A stretch of 64,000 nt of DNA from Octopus sinensis (Eukaryota), in NCBI RefSeq assembly GCF_006345805.1, contig NC_043005.1:69688001-69752000 (forward strand). The letters run 5' to 3'. This document shows positions 40,392 to 53,580 of the stretch, one piece after another. The notes under the pieces were generated by a model. That model did not search any database. It worked only from the letters and a program-made list of their open reading frames with translations, and was not told the origin of the DNA. Each line of letters begins with the position of its first letter. The stretch's first letter is position 1. A program made the translations under genes and the position numbers.

Positions 40392-40895
40392 TATTGGGTT
40401 GTCCGGAAAGTTCGTGCCGGACAACAAGTAGCTTACCTTTCGTCATATTTTAGAACATGGTTGAGTCCATAAAATAGGATTTGACTACACCTCCATTTAG
40501 AGCACAGTTTACGCTATTTTTCGTGGATGAAGGTTTGTGTTCCTACAACCTGTATTCATTCTGTAACCCTTTAAAATGGAGTATAAGTTTATTTTCGGCA
40601 CTTGATGTTTTAGGAGCAAAACAAAGATTGGTGCAGCTCGGCTGGGATGTGTTACTCCACCCTCCATATTCACCAGATATTGCTCGTTCGGATTTCTACT
40701 TATACAGGTCCCTGCAGAATAGTCTTAATGGTAATTATTTCAATTCCTTGGATGACGTAAAAAGATAACTTGATGAATTATTTGCCATGAAACCATCTCA
40801 ATTCTAGGAAGAGGGTATTTTCAACAAAATGTGCAACAAAATGGTTCATATTTAGTTTATTAAAAATCGGCACGAACTTTCCGGACAACACAATA
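40392..40895 (+). mobile_element. Internally deleted mariner (non-autonomous), TA TSD
   Basis: TIRs TATTGGGTTGTCCGGAAAGTTCGTGCCG / CGGCACGAACTTTCCGGACAACACAATA with TA on both sides; transposase C-terminus LGWDVLLHPPYSPDIARSDFYLYRSLQNSLNG. Confidence 0.92.
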
Positions 40896-41580
40896 TATCG
40901 TAGAGTATTTCAGAAGTTGTTCCATGTGCAAATTTGCATACAAGTTGGAAGTGCCTCTATTAAATGGTTAGGAAGAAAATCAAACAACTGGTGTACAGGA
41001 GTATCGTTATTCTTAAATGTTATTTTTTCCATATGGAATATCAATATTTGAAATGTAATAAAATATATATATAAAATATATATATTGCATGTGTGTTTGT
41101 GTGTGTGTGTGTGTGTGTGTACGTGTGTGTGTGTGTGTGTTTGTGTGAGTGATTCTCAGGGAAAAGGTAAAGAAATGATTTTATGTTCTATTCATAATAA
41201 ATGACTGTCAAGAGATTCTTTTTCATTTATAAACTTTGGCAAAAATCCGTCAGAAAATGTGATTGATCATCACTGAAAAATACTACTATACAATAATGTT
41301 GTATGAAATACCTAAATCGCAATTCTAGCAGAAATCAATTGGAAATAATTTTACCTTGATTCAACATAACGGCGTTGGGCAGAAATCTCTCCTTCAAGTC
41401 AAAACAGCAACTTTATCGAACCAGCCAATTAGGATGCCCATTGTTCCGCTGATTTCAAATCTCACGCTTAAATGTGTTAATCAACTCTTGTATTCTGCTA
41501 TTTTACATCGTTTTTATTCTTTTGTTGGTTACTCTTTAATTATTTGTTTGTAATATCTACCTGTGGTCTCCTTCTCATGT

Positions 41581-41815
41581 TTCTTTATTGTCCACAAGGG
41601 GATAAACATAGAGAGAGGACAAACAAGGACATACGAAGGTATTAAGTCGATTACATCGACCCAGTGTGTAACCGGTACTTAATTTATCGACCCCCGAAAG
41701 GATGAAAGGCAAAGTCAACCTCGGCGGAATTTGAACTCAGAACGTAGCGGCAGACGAAATACCGCTAAGAATTTCGCCCGGCGTGCTACCGATTCTCCCA
41801 GCTCGCTGCCTTATA
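41581..41815 (-). mobile_element. SINE family B
   Basis: Same core as the 27.6 kb copy plus a head-like segment (CGTGCTACCGATTCTCCCAGCTCGCTGCC). Confidence 0.8.
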
Positions 41816-41914
41816 CTGGTAGCATATATGAATATATGAGTGTTTGCGTCTGTGTGTATGCATGTGTGTGCGTGCTTGTGTGTGACTGCTGATTTTGGAA
41901 CTGGCCCTTCATTA

Positions 41915-42145
41915 ACTGGATGCGGGATCGATTCTATATAGCAGTTTCCCATTTTGGCATAAGGCCATAAATTGCAGAGGAATGCGCCAGTCAATAACAT
42001 GAGCTCCAGTGTTCAGCTGTTACTTATTTTATCGACACTCTTGCAATAAAAGACAAGGTGAATCGTTGTGAAATTATAACGCTAGGACGGCTGCTGCTAG
42101 GCATTTTACCTGTTGTGCTAGAGCATCCGCCAAAACGCTGCTTTA
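41915..42145 (-). mobile_element. Older SINE family B copy
   Basis: CCAGTGTTCAGCTGTTACTTATTTTATCGAC...AAAGACAAGGTGAATC is a decayed match to the neighbouring copy. Confidence 0.55.
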
Positions 42146-42614
42146 ATCGAATCTGTATGTCACTCTAATGTTGGTAGATTTAAAGACTGAATGTTACCCT
42201 GAAGGAATATGAACGATATATTTGTAGAGTCATATAATCATAAAATGTATACTCTGCAAGGGAACAAGTCAAGAAAGTGTGTAATTATAAAGTACATGGG
42301 TTGTTGATAGAAATTGATAAACATGAATTGCTAAATACAATGGAATGTTCATGCTATATGATTAGTAAATGAATTCGTACTAACACCCATATCATTTACC
42401 TTCTGTTTAAAAAATGATGATATATACCTACATGATTTCCCGCCATACGCACACACAAACGCACCCATTCTTATGTTAAACATATTTAGAGACATATAAT
42501 TTAAAATGCCTAAAATCAGAAGTAGAAACACAAAACGGTTGATCGATAGTAACATTAGGCAATAAATAATATAGTCTTCAGAAAATTATAGAAATTTCGG
42601 ACATAGAAAACAAG

Positions 42615-42693
<79 letters not shown>

Positions 42694-42770
42694 CTCATAT
42701 ATATATTCATGTATATGTACATATAAATTCATACTTACGTATATACATTACATACACCATACACACACAC

Positions 42771-42865
<95 letters not shown>

Positions 42866-42985
42866 CAATTTAGGAGTGACCCTAACAGGTCATTCGTCCA
42901 CCAGAAAGAGCAGCCATAACTCACACCGCCAAGTAGTAGTAATTCAGAAATTAGGTGAAAATTTAAAAACATTTACCCTAATTCA

Positions 42986-43088
42986 TCTTTTAGACGTTGC
43001 AACGTTTCTGTGTCATTAATGATTAAATTAGCTTAATTAAAATAAAATTAAGCCAAACTACCATAGGTTACACTTCATCAGTAAAAGA
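42986..43088 (-). ncRNA. Type I hammerhead ribozyme, unit 1, long helix II
   Basis: TCTTTTA CTGATGA A GTGT...(66 nt helix II region)...ACAC A GAAA CGTTGCAACG TC TAAAAGA: perfect 7-bp stem I, palindromic helix III, GUC triplet, A.A at the helix II base. Confidence 0.8.
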
Positions 43089-43457
43089 CCTGGGAGAGAC
43101 AAATATACACGAGGCGTCTGTATCGATGCCTACGGGATATCTGACTTAAAATTTTCAAGACTGCCGCATTCGCGCCAAACTTATCAGCAGTAAATATAAA
43201 CTGCCGATTCAATCTCAGAATTAATCAGAAAATTATCAATTAGTCAATTTAGGGTAGCAAAAAATTCAATAGAAATTTATCGCTACCAGCGGCCTGGTGG
43301 AAAAGAGAAGGTAGTCAACGACTACATATATAAATATAACAATTTAGGAGTGACCCTAACAGGTCATTCGTCCACCAGAAAGAGCAGCCATACTCACACG
43401 CCAAGTAGTAGTAATTCAGAAATTAGGTGAAAATTTAAAAACATTTACCCTAATTCA

Positions 43458-43560
43458 TCTTTTAGACGTTGCAACGTTTCTGTGTCATTAATGATTAAAT
43501 TAGCTTAATTAAAATAAAATTAAGCCAATCTACCATAGGTTACACTTCATCAGTAAAAGA
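43458..43560 (-). ncRNA. Type I hammerhead ribozyme, unit 2, long helix II
   Basis: Same as unit 1; helix II contains a 15-bp stem TAGATTGGCTTAATT/AATTAAGCTAATTTA (with G.U pairs). Confidence 0.8.
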
Positions 43561-44049
43561 CCTGGGAGAGACAAATATACACGAGGCGTCTGTATCGATG
43601 CCTACGGGATATCTGACTTACACTTTTCAAGACTGCCGCATTCGCGCCAAACTTATCAGCAGTAAATATAAACTGCCGATTCAATCTCAGAATTAATCAG
43701 AAAATTATCAATTAGTCAATTTAGGGTAGCAAAAAATTCAATAGAAATTTATCGCTACCAGCGGCCTGGTGGAAAAGAGAAGGTAGTCAATGACACAGAA
43801 ACGTTGCAACGTCTAAAAGATGAATTAGGGTAAATGTTTTTAAATTTTCACCTAATTTCTGAATTACTACTACTTGGCGGTGTGAGTTATGGCTGCTCTT
43901 TCTGGTGGACGAATGACCTGTTAGGGTCACTCCTAAATTGTTATATTTATATATGTAGTCGTTGACTACCTTCTCTTTTCCACCAGGCCGCTGGTAGCGA
44001 TAAATTTCTATTGAATTTTTTGCTACCCTAAATTGACTAATTAAATATA

Positions 44050-44093
<44 letters not shown>

Positions 44094-44468
44094 GCTTAAT
44101 TATCCGATCCTTCTTTGCTGAGCTGTTACCTCTTCCCTATCTTTTCTTTCTGTAGTGCAAACAATATGTTAAATATCTATGACACTTAAATTTTCTACTT
44201 GCATTTCTAGTAAAAGCAGAATACTCAACCGGCATAATGTCGGTAAAATCTACCAATAAAATTTCCAGAGCTGGAAACATTTGAACTAATGACATTGGCC
44301 TAGGCTTTAGCAGGTATTTAATCTGATATTATTGGAAATATTTATTTTGATGAGACCTAATACGTTTCAGTGCATACAGATATCATTTGTACACAGCGTA
44401 AGTACTTTTCCTGAAGAATTGACATTATTGTAAAGTGTAGTAAAAAAAAAAAAAGATGCTGCAGCATC

Positions 44469-44922
44469 TTAACATTTAAAACAAGCACCAATTTGAAGGT
44501 AGCATATATACATAAATATATTTGTTAGTTAACATATTTCATCTTCATATTTCCGATGTCTAGACATTAAAATAATTTGAAGTTTGCGTTGGTGTAAGTA
44601 GCAATTTCTGATGGATACTGTTTGTGTAAATCAGAAATAATACTTGTCCTTTGATAAAAGCTTAATGAACCGTGAAACATGACAGGAGAATTTGCTTTAG
44701 ATTTTTGCAAGAAGAACAAAATAGAGAAAGGATATATTTACATATATTTAAAGTTATGCAGTAAAAGATTTATAAAATGTAGATTTGTTACTTTAAATTA
44801 ATTCTTAAACGTGACAGCTTTATAATGCATAAACATTCATTAATTACTTAATGAGGCCGTCAAAGACAAATTAGGTCAACCATTAGTGCTACCTTCAAAT
44901 TGGTGTTTGATTTAAATGTTAA
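44469..44922. mobile_element. MITE with about 35-bp TIRs, possible TTAA target (piggyBac-like)
   Basis: TTAACATTTAAAACAAGCACCAATTTGAAGGTAGCA vs TGCTACCTTCAAATTGGTGTTTGATTTAAATGTTAA. Confidence 0.55.
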
Positions 44923-45974
44923 TCTAATGGATTTAAATGCTAATCTAATGGATTTTAATGTTAATCTAATGATGTTAAGCTAGTCTAATATTTATCTCAT
45001 GGGTTTAATTTCAGTCACTTTAAACCGACTTGCGTGGGAAGATGTATTCGTGTGTACCTGGCCTATTTTCTTTGAACAAATGAACGAAAATTATACTTAT
45101 CTGTTTAACATTTCAAATCTAAACGTGAGCTCTATTAACCACTGCACTTCATAGGTAATTCATTTTTCTCACAGGTTCATGCACCCACGCACACACACAC
45201 ATGCACACGCACGCACACACGAACAGAGACACATGCACACAGGCACACACACACACACACACACATACACCTGCTGGTATAGACACTCGTACAAACATAA
45301 ACATCTCTTTATTGCCAACATAACATGGTAGTCAAATGTTGCAGTAATTTAGCCCCAGGAGACATCGTCTCCAGCTGGCTATGTGACACGATCTGTGCCC
45401 TTATATTTTCGATCAAGGGCATTATAAGTAATTTTGCAAAGGAAAGTTATGTCACATTAGAATAAGGGAATAAAACCCAAATGACGCTATTAAAGTTAAC
45501 CTGATCAATCAATTTTTATTTATTCATATTAATATGGCAGTTCATATTAGAAGTCAGTAAACGCTTAAATATAAACGTATATTCGTATGATTATACTACG
45601 ATATTTCCAAAAAGTCAACGTTGTTTTTTGACTGACTACAATCTTATCATGTTACAACCTATAGTTGATTGTACCTTTTGATATGCAGGAAAACAAAATC
45701 GTACAGATATTTAGAGGGAGAATGTTCTCTGAAATATGTTAGAAATCTTTTTTAAAGAAAAGCTCTAAATGAAAAATTGAACTAAAATCCAAATTAAGGC
45801 ATGAAGCAACGTTTTAAATTATTTAAAATAGATTTTCCATGAGAAAGAATTTCAGTAGTTTTACATCAGCCGCTTGATACAGATACAGGACAAAAAATAA
45901 TCTTGCAAGCAAAATAAACATAAAGCAAATGAAAAGTTTGAAACAAGATTCTGTATACATGTTCAAATTCGTCT

Positions 45975-46198
45975 TTCTTTTATTCTTTTAATTGTTTCAG
46001 TCATTTGATTGCGGCAATGTTGGAGCACCGCCTTTATTTTAAAAAATCGCCCCCAGTACTTATGCTTTACAAGCCTAGTACTTATTCTATCGGGTTCTTT
46101 TGCCAAACCGCTAAGGTACGGGGACAGGAACACACCAACATAGGTTGTCAAACGATGGAGGGCAGAAAAACAGACAGACTAACATACATACAAACACA

Positions 46199-46285
<87 letters not shown>

Positions 46286-46431
46286 CTACAGGTTCCTTTA
46301 AGTCTCCGTCTACCAAATCCACTCACAAGGATTTGATAGGCTCGAGATATAGTTGAAGACACTTGCCCAAGGTGCCACGCAGTGGGACAGAACTCGGAAC
46401 CATGTGGTTGGTAAGCAAGCTACTAACCACA
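45975..46431 (-). mobile_element. SINE family A
   Basis: Reverse complement of the 34.3/35.2 kb head and tail, with (CA)n inside. Confidence 0.85.
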
Positions 46432-47110
46432 GGACTATTTCTAATGAGTTCACTTCTCATTGACTCGCGTCTTAGAATCTAAGTATTTCAGAATGTGAAA
46501 GTTATATGTTTGAATCTTTAATAACATAGCATCATAAGCATCATCCTCACTTACAACCTATAATTGTAGATAAATAAAGCCATGTGCGGTTTGACTTCGT
46601 CCAGTACTGATTAGTTTCCAGCAAAGAACATTACGTTTAATTCATTGATATTATAGTGCAGATCTACATAATTTAATATCACATCGTTTGCATCTTAAAG
46701 ATTGTTTGTGGAGTTAAACTGCAACTATTCATATTTATGTCAGTAACCTTGTTGGCTTATTCCGAATAGTATTTCTCTTTTAATATATGACACTGTACCT
46801 ATGTATGAAATCGATATGTAAGTGTATTTATATGGCAAATGAATAAAGCACATTTTAATTAAAATGTCAAAACTGTTCTTAAAGATTTGCTTGAATTTGT
46901 ACAGGTGCTCAATAACTTTTAAATGTATTTTAGCGTGTGTTGATGCTTAGATTCATTTACGAGTATAAGAAAATTTTAGTGTGCTAGTATTTGCAGTAAT
47001 GTATATCAAAACATCTTACATTCATTAAACAGATGTAGACTTGATGTGGAGGACTATTCTTAATGAGTTCACTTCTCATGACTTGCGTCTTAGAAGCTAA
47101 GTATTTCAAA
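46432..47110 (+). repeat. About 60-bp direct repeats (46432-46495 and about 47050-47110)
   Basis: GGACTATT(T)C(T)TAATGAGTTCACTTCTCAT(T)GACT.GCGTCTTAGAA.CTAAGTATTTCA occurs twice, about 620 bp apart. Confidence 0.8.
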
Positions 47111-48209
47111 ATATTTCATGTTACCCAAACGGAACCATGCGCGTTATATGTTTCTGTGTATGCAAGGTCTCCTCTTGTGAATTTTTTCCAACTATACGTA
47201 CACTAAAGGGTTGATATGAAAGATTTGTGAATGAAATAGTACGCTTATAAAATGACATTTTATATGGATATACGGTAGAATATTTAGCACGAGACTAAAA
47301 AAATGATTTAAGAAAATCATTTATAAAGTTCTACAGAACGCTTTCTTCAATTCATCCTTTGTGCCGAAAGGTCCGTGACAAACATATTTTTAATTCTCTC
47401 ATCAAAATGTCGTTTACATAATTTTACGAGTAATTAGACGAAAATGTATGTTCTGGTAATATGATGAAAAATGTTCATTTGCAAATACGTTCTCTGTGTT
47501 TCAATCTCACTGGGAAAAAATCTCGGCCAACAGCTTGTAACGTAAACTTACTGCATATCAATTTGTATCGAACATATAGTTTTGCGTCTTGATGCGTTGC
47601 TTCCGGTCCTTCTTTAAAAACGATGGAACAGCTCGTAGTCATACAATATAACATTTTCTAATGCCTAATAAATGATTCTCTTAAAACTGCAACACTAAAT
47701 CGATATCACCGCATCAGATAGTAGACACTAGAGGTAAAAGTTACATTTGAAAAGCAATTTACGTCTTTACATTTCTAACAATTCTAACGTTAAACTAAAT
47801 TTAAATTTCTGTATTCTGTATTTTGTATGCTTTAGCATTGAACCATTTGCGTTTAATGAAAATGCAGCGTTTGTTGATGTTGGCTTTTAGCACCAGCTGA
47901 ACACTGAACAAGCGGATTTATGACTAAAAACATTGGTCCTGGAATCACTTGCCCATTAGTTTCTGTTTCTTCAGGATGTAAAGATGCACTTTTATAAATA
48001 TATGACTGCTGCTTCTATGATCAGATTGAGTATACAAGTACAGCTCCATCAATGGAGCTGTACATTATATTCATCTAATTACTTCCAGAAAATGTCCAGA
48101 AAATCATCCTGCGTTTGAGAATTTAAAATCCCTTCTTTAACTTTCTAAGACATCTAAACGCTTCTAATGGAAACTTCTTTTGTTTGTTTACGTTCAACGT
48201 AATTGAATT

Positions 48210-48256
<47 letters not shown>

Positions 48257-48298
48257 CATACGCACGCACACACACATACGCATATATATATATATAAT

Positions 48299-48370
<72 letters not shown>

Positions 48371-48460
48371 CATACAACAAGAAATAATGTTTGTCTCCTT
48401 TTATAGAAAGAAAAGGGTTTGAGGACTGCAAAAGAAGAGCTCAAATATAAAAGAAGATAA

Positions 48461-50648
48461 AGAAGCGTAGATTATAGAACAAACGTTAAATCTGGGTCAA
48501 CGACTTTACATACAACACCACCACACAAACATTTAATCATATATAAAAATCTCCATGGTTCCCAAACACATAAAATTAATACATATACATAAAATCACAG
48601 AAGATAAAGATATATAATAGAATAAAATGCAAATAGAACGGCCTATCAAAAAGTTAAATATATACGACTAAAACATCAAAACTAACAAAAAACCTAATAG
48701 ACAAATGTAAATTAAGTACAGGTGAAAATAAAATAAAATAAAATAAATGTCCACCAGCTAAAACATTTTTAACAGACTATTAAATTTTTAAAAAATTAAG
48801 TTTTTGTTTTTTAAATATTTGAAAAAGCATTTGGAAAAAGTCTTGCACTTCACTCATACAAGTACGTCCGGCTTTCACAGGTCAAATTCATATACATCTT
48901 GAAAAAAGTCAGTTACATCCCTCACACAAAAACGTCCAAAAGTTCATAATAAGCAGACTTCCACAGCTAAATTTCATATACATCTTGAAAAAAGTCAGTT
49001 ACTTCCCTCAAACAAGTACGTCCAAAAGTTCGTATTAAGCAGACTGCACAGGTCAAATTCAACATTCACACATATATATATGGCCATTTCGTGAGCTCAC
49101 CAACTGATTTTCTTTTCATTACAGTGCATCACGGCTATGACCCTTTCATTAGGATGAACAGGAAACAGGAAGCACGCATAGTGATTCTTTATTACCCACA
49201 ACGCGCACACACAGAGAGGATGATACAATACATGTGGGGACATATAACAATTAAAATAATAAAATTACGTTAAACCTGAATGAAAAGTGAAATAATATAT
49301 GGAAACGATCTAGCTACCCCAACTCAGTAGCATCATTTACTTCCCTCTAGATCCAGTTCATGTTGATTCCATAACGTTCTTCCAATTCCTTAATTACAAT
49401 CTCATTTGGCACATTCTTTATATCGCAAATCACGTTTCTGCATCTAACACTTTTCTTTACATTCTTTAATCTCTCTCATCCGATATTTCGGCGCCAATAC
49501 ACTTGCGACCATATTTTCCTTTTTTATCTTTTTATCTCTTTTCAAACTAACAAATCTCATGTCTCTCCATTGCGACAATTTCTCTACCAGTTTCTTATCC
49601 ATACCCTTAAACTAAACACAAGCATAACACATGGAAGGGGAGTTTTGTGAACTTTTGTGTGTTTGCACTTTTTTCGTTTTGGCGTCGTGGGGAGTGGGTG
49701 GGTTTGGTGTCTGCAGTGGGAAGATGGGGTTGTGAAGGTATGAGTGTTGTGGGTTGGGTACTGGTTGGGGTTCACTTTGACTGCCCTTCTTCTTCTCCCT
49801 CTTTTCTTGCCTTCCAGCACTCTTCATACTTCTTCATCGTGTGTTTCATCTTTATCTTCCAACATCTTCTCCTTCTAGGCTTTCTCTTGGGCTTGCTTTT
49901 TTTAGGGCGGTCCGCTCTAATGTAGCCATTCAGGCCACATTTACATCACATTTGGCTATATTTATAGTAGCGAGAGGTTCTGCCCTCCACTCACACTTTC
50001 ATCACCGTTTCTACTACTGTCACCGTTTCTGCCAATTTTTCCAAATTTTCTTGTGAAGATTGTAGTATCATATCTAGATTTTCCCTCAACAATTTGTTAC
50101 TTCAGTCTCCGTAGCTTGGAGCACAGCCACCTCTTTCTCACTTCCAAGAAGCACTTTCCCGCATCCAAGCCACGTCTATATCGGGGGGATTCCCTCCACC
50201 CTGACCCTGGAATTTCTTATTCCAAGGTATGTGGGTAAGAGGATCAATCTTTCTGTTTTCATTGCATTCAATTGCATTCAATTATTTTTAATGCTGTAGT
50301 ATTTAAAATAAGTCTTCTATCAAGTTCTCTTACTCAGTAATGCCAAATTTAGCCTCCGGTATTGCATCTATAAATAGAAGCAGATAAAATGGGGAAGTGC
50401 ACTGTAGATGTTATTCTGATGAAAAACCCTGTTCTGGGGAGGTAATTTCTGATACGCCTAAGGTTAGTGATGACAACATGACGCCCCCACCGGGTGTATC
50501 GAACCCCAATAATGAGAAATGTGAAGGAGTGAATGTGGGAAACCTAACAAGTACTATTAGTAGTAGAAATAAGGTTAGGGATGGCCCTGGGAAATCATGT
50601 AATTTTAGAAATCCTGAACTATGTCCCCTTGATCGATTCTGTCTAATT

Positions 50649-50702
<54 letters not shown>

Positions 50703-51874
50703 CCGTTGTTAAAGATGCGGATAATTTAAGTAAGTTTAATATAAATAGTTCAGTAAATTTTAAGGCTAGATACAGGACCCATATGAGCTCGTTTTCAAAC
50801 GAAAAATATTGTAGCCCTACCACACACGCAGCTTATTTATGCGATCTAAAGAGGAATAATAAGTGTTATTCTCTGGAATGGTCCGTTATTTCGAGAGCCC
50901 CTTACTTTAGAGTAAATAAGTGTCATTTTTGTGTAAAAAAATCCCTTGCCTTTTGGACCAATAACTTTGAATAGATTTACTGAGGTGACCGCTTTTTGCA
51001 ACCACAGGTTTTCGTCCACCTTTTTGAAAGTGTATAGAAATAAAAGTAGTTATTATAAAATCGTTTAGCGTTAGAGGATTTGAAACCGGCAAGGTTGAAT
51101 TTCTGTTAACTACAGAAACATGAGTATTTAACAATAGACTGTTTTTTTTTTCGAAAATCTGGACTAGTTCACTGATGGGATTTTCTTTTAAATCATATTA
51201 TGCTTTTCATACAAAATAATTCGATCTGTGCGTGTCTCCTGTTTCCTGTTTATCCTGATGAGAGGGTCATTACTGTGATGCACTTTAGTATAAATAAACT
51301 GCGATGGTGAGCTCCGGATATGGCCATAGCTATATGGGAATGTTGAATTTGACCTGTGAAGTCTGCTTATTATGAACTTTTGGAAGTACTTGTGTGAGGG
51401 GGAGTAAAAGACGTCTTTCAAGATGTATGTGAATTTGACCCGTGGAGGTCTGTTTACTTATGGACTTTGGAAATACTTGTATGAGTGAAGTAAAAGGTTT
51501 TTTTCAAATGTTTCAAATACATTTTAAAAGCTTTTTAAAGAAACTAAGAGAAATATTTTTTTTAAATATTTTAATCGTCTGATAAAACTTTTAAAAGTTG
51601 TTGGACATTCGTTTTATTTTAGTTTATTTATTTTATTTTATCTATTAGGATTTTGGTAGTTTTGAATTTTTAGCCGTTTAGATTTAACTTTTTGATAGGC
51701 CGTTCTATTTCTATTTTATTCGATTGTATAATTTTATCTTCTGTGGTTTTATGTATTATTTTTATGTGTTTGGGAACCATGGTGATTTTTTATACATGAT
51801 TAAATGTTTGAGGGTCGTGTTGTATGTAAAGTAGTTGACCCAAATTTAATGCTTGTTCTATAACCAATGCTTCT
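48461..51874 (+). mobile_element. Old Penelope-like element with about 700-bp inverted terminal (pLTR-like) repeats
   Basis: 48461-49178 is a diverged reverse complement of 51229-51874 (shared GATAGGCCGTTCTATTT, TATGTGTTTGGGAACCATGG, about 85-bp subrepeats). It encloses a GIY-YIG remnant. Confidence 0.8.
50400..51000 (+). pseudogene. Penelope GIY-YIG region remnant split by (TA)n
   Basis: SCNFRNPELCPLDRFCL (CNC....CPL.G.CL motif), then NFKARYRTHMSSFSNEKY..PT..A.Y.CDLK......LEWSVISRA.Y...KCHFCVK. Confidence 0.75.
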
Positions 51875-51937
51875 ATATATATATATATATATATACATAC
51901 AAATAAATAACATACTTATATATATATATATATATAA

Positions 51938-51982
<45 letters not shown>

Positions 51983-52825
51983 CGTTCAACACAAATCGAC
52001 ATAAAAATCTTAAGAAAAGTTCAAACCAGCAACACACCTTCCCCGAAAATACTGCCGTACACTCACAGATACAAAAGTTTTCACCTTCATCACCCCAAAT
52101 ATACCAATGCTACATAAGGTCCCAGAAGTGAAGGAAATTTTACACATACATAAGATCATTAAAAGCCACAATCAGCCGAAAACACCAAAAAACATCGTCA
52201 CAAAAGCAAAATTATTTTCTAAATTAACGGACACAAAAGTGAAATAATGTGGTTGACCATATTGCGTGTACGAGGGCATGCGCATGCGAATAAGGATTGT
52301 ATATGTAACGTATATGATATATACATGTATATACATATTCACATATATAATTTCTCAGTCTTCTAAACATTGATGTTTCCTTAATTATTCATATCATTGC
52401 CTCACAATTAGAAGCCACTACTACACATTGGTCCTTCCTCTACCTCTTAACCCCCCATTCCTCTATCTTTTACACTGTAACACCTTTCTCTCTCTATCCC
52501 CACTCCTACTTTCAAAATATCTCCTACTTTCAAAATACACTGACCACTGACTAATCTATATCTAATTTTTACTTTATTTTCTTTATGCCTTTTTTTCATA
52601 TCTTCAGGTTTCTTATTCTTTATTTTTTTATTAGTTTTTTTTATTTTTACTAATCTTCTCTCTCCTCTCTCTTTCATTCTGTCTTTCTCTCCTCTTCCTT
52701 CTCTTTCTTTTTTCTTTTTTCTCTTTTTTTCATTACTCTTTTCCTCTTTTGAATTTAACCATACTAATACACTCCATATTTCTAGGTCATTTTAAATATA
52801 AACCTTGAATTTGCAACACTATACA

Positions 52826-52860
<35 letters not shown>

Positions 52861-53202
52861 ACTTGGGAATGACCAGGTTTAGAAGGATCATCAATATTAC
52901 GGAGAGACTTGCTTGAGTGAAATGCGTGTAAGTTGGTTTGAAGACAAAAATTGTAAACAAAACAGGTTAAATGTGAAATCGGAGGAAACACAAGAAACAA
53001 ATTTGTGTTCTGCTTATTAGGGCATATTCATATTTCTTTCAATAATCGAGTTTATTTTGTATTAATCTTAAAAACAAAAAAAAAATTAACTTTATTCTCT
53101 TAAGATTTATGACTCGTTAATACAAAAGTCACTTCAAATTCAAGCTCACATAAATACACATATACATTCACACACGAACACACACATATTTATGTGCGTG
53201 TT

Positions 53203-53267
<65 letters not shown>

Positions 53268-53536
53268 GCCTGTGAGAGTGTGTGACCATGTGCGTGTCAG
53301 TCTGCGTGCTCGCACGTGACTGTAAGATGAAGAATCGAAGACGGAGAATTTATTATGATGCAAAAAATGTTTTGTAAGCAATTTAAATATGTATTTCAGG
53401 CAAAACGCCTATAGCCAGAAGTAAATAGTGAAGAAATAAGAGTCTAGACAGAAGCAAACGTAACTGTCTATCTATCTATCTATGTATCTATGTATCTGTT
53501 TAACTATTTATCTATGCATCTCTCTCTCTCTCTCTC

Positions 53537-53580
<44 letters not shown>

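Larger units (their letters stand above)
42861..44042. mobile_element. Retrozyme-like element: two 474-bp head-to-tail units plus a 254-bp inverted copy
   Basis: Unit 1 42861-43334; unit 2 43335-43790 (about 3 substitutions, 2 single-base deletions); 43789-44042 is the reverse complement of 43238-43489. (TA)n on both flanks; no listed ORF inside the units. Confidence 0.92.

Noticed and set aside
44600-44645. TTTCTGATGG...ATCAGAAAT hairpin
   Set aside because: The core is CTGATGG and the GAAA pairs with the 5' side; a simple hairpin, not an HHR.
48876-49062. About 85-bp repeats as a CRISPR-like array
   Set aside because: Units are contiguous tandem copies without unique spacers, in a eukaryotic PLE context.
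49600-50250. Zinc-knuckle-like CKCGLNGYIRADRP on the minus strand
   Set aside because: Lacks the His and final Cys and is flanked by stops; at most a nested ORF1/gag remnant.
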